DNA of 64,000 nucleotides from Rhodosorus marinus CCMP1338 (Eukaryota > Plantae > Rhodophyta), in contig JAMWBK010000002.1 in assembly GCA_029953675.1 (NCBI GenBank), forward strand, positions 2,170,001-2,234,000. Reading direction: 5' to 3'. This document shows positions 62,881-64,000 of this stretch, in pieces. The number at the start of each line of letters is the position of its first letter. The stretch's first letter is position 1. A program made the translations under genes and the position numbers. The notes beneath the pieces were generated by a model. That model worked only from the letters and a program-made list of their open reading frames with translations, had not been told where the DNA came from and ran no database searches.

Positions 62881-64000
62881 TTATTTTAGGGACACAATAT
62901 CCATCGGGCCAGGATCCTACCACACAAGCAGCCTCACACCCACCAAGAACCCTTTCCAGCACTGGTTACACTGCAGTGGAGAGCCCGAAGATGCTGGAGC
63001 GCATTAGCCTAACTGTGGGTCAACTTGGGACCTAGCGTTGTCCTCTAAATAGGCTTCCTTGTGAATAGAATTCACAGTGCGCTATGTAGAACCAAGGAGT
63101 TAGGTGGAAAACAGTAACGCTTTTGAGTGGGGGAATCATATATGTATGATTTCTACTCAAAAACTATACAGTTGTACTCAATAGCAGATGGAACTGTCCG
63201 GAGCCCTATCCCAAAAAACAGAAACCCAAACAATCGAGTACAGCGATCCAATCGGCCCTGTACGCGGAGAAACAAACGTTCCAGATTCGGTGGCTTATCG
63301 CCGAATCCAACGATCGAGCACGAGCAATCCAATCGGTTCTGCACCGCACCAGGTAAAATAAACGCTACAGAAGCAGTGATGCGTCACTGCATCCCAACAA
63401 ATTGAAAACAGCAATCCAATCCCTTAATTGAACCCTAGCAATTAAGAACTTCAACCCGATCAGTTGCACCAGACTGGGCAAAACAAAGATAACAGAACCA
63501 GTGATCCGTCACTGACTCCCGGCAATGCTGCACACTAATGGTAACCCTAGCGAACGAGTAAGGTGGCCCATCGCCTTCTCCACTGGCGGCCCACCACATC
63601 GGGAAGAACAACAAGCTATAGATTGAATAATCAATCATCATCCCGTTTACAATAGTGATTGATTGAATCGATAATACCACTCGGTTGTGTCGAGTTTTTT
63701 TAGTTTTTTCGTAGGTGTCGTCGCTTTATTGAAACTAATTGGTCGGAGGGTGGTAATCTCGCGATCTCTCGATTGGGTATTGGCTCATTTCCACTCCCAG
63801 AGATACTTATCATTGTCGAATCGTGATGCTCAAGGTTATCATGGAACCTAGATAACTTAAGATGGTTGGATATAGCGCGAAAATAGATTGAAACTATCAA
63901 TGAAATAACCAATAGAAAACATATAAGCCTTTTTATTTTATAATTTCATCAATCTCACCGAGAGGAGCTCTTGAAAAGCGGTTTAAAAAATACTTCCACT

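Overview
Eukaryotic nuclear DNA, gene-dense, with short (about 75-150 nt) GT-AG introns. Red-alga-style transit peptides and the gene set suggest a rhodophyte; this is inference. About 17 genes are reconstructable: the CNOT1 3' end, an SLC25A39/40-type carrier, two intronless PH-AGC kinases, a truncated Clp/Hsp100 pseudo-ATPase, PEX12, an EF-hand-like/TKL-kinase/ankyrin protein, PSD1, a DUF4079-like plastid protein, a BRSK-type kinase, RPL11, an LRR protein, a CURT1-like protein, a TyrA dehydrogenase, CHD1, an MGxxxC-starting orphan protein and kinesin-14. A nested retroelement block lies at about 32.6-37.7 kb. The most striking structure is there: an internally deleted Ty3/gypsy element (LTR-PBS-gag fused directly to integrase core) has been folded back into a roughly 306-bp-arm inverted repeat with a 42-nt loop. 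One arm was later split by a 262-nt CRE-type non-LTR 3' fragment. The locus lies head-to-head with RPL11, so it is a candidate hairpin-RNA (Mu-killer-like) transposon-silencing locus. All calls come from manual reading and recalled motifs; no database search was run.
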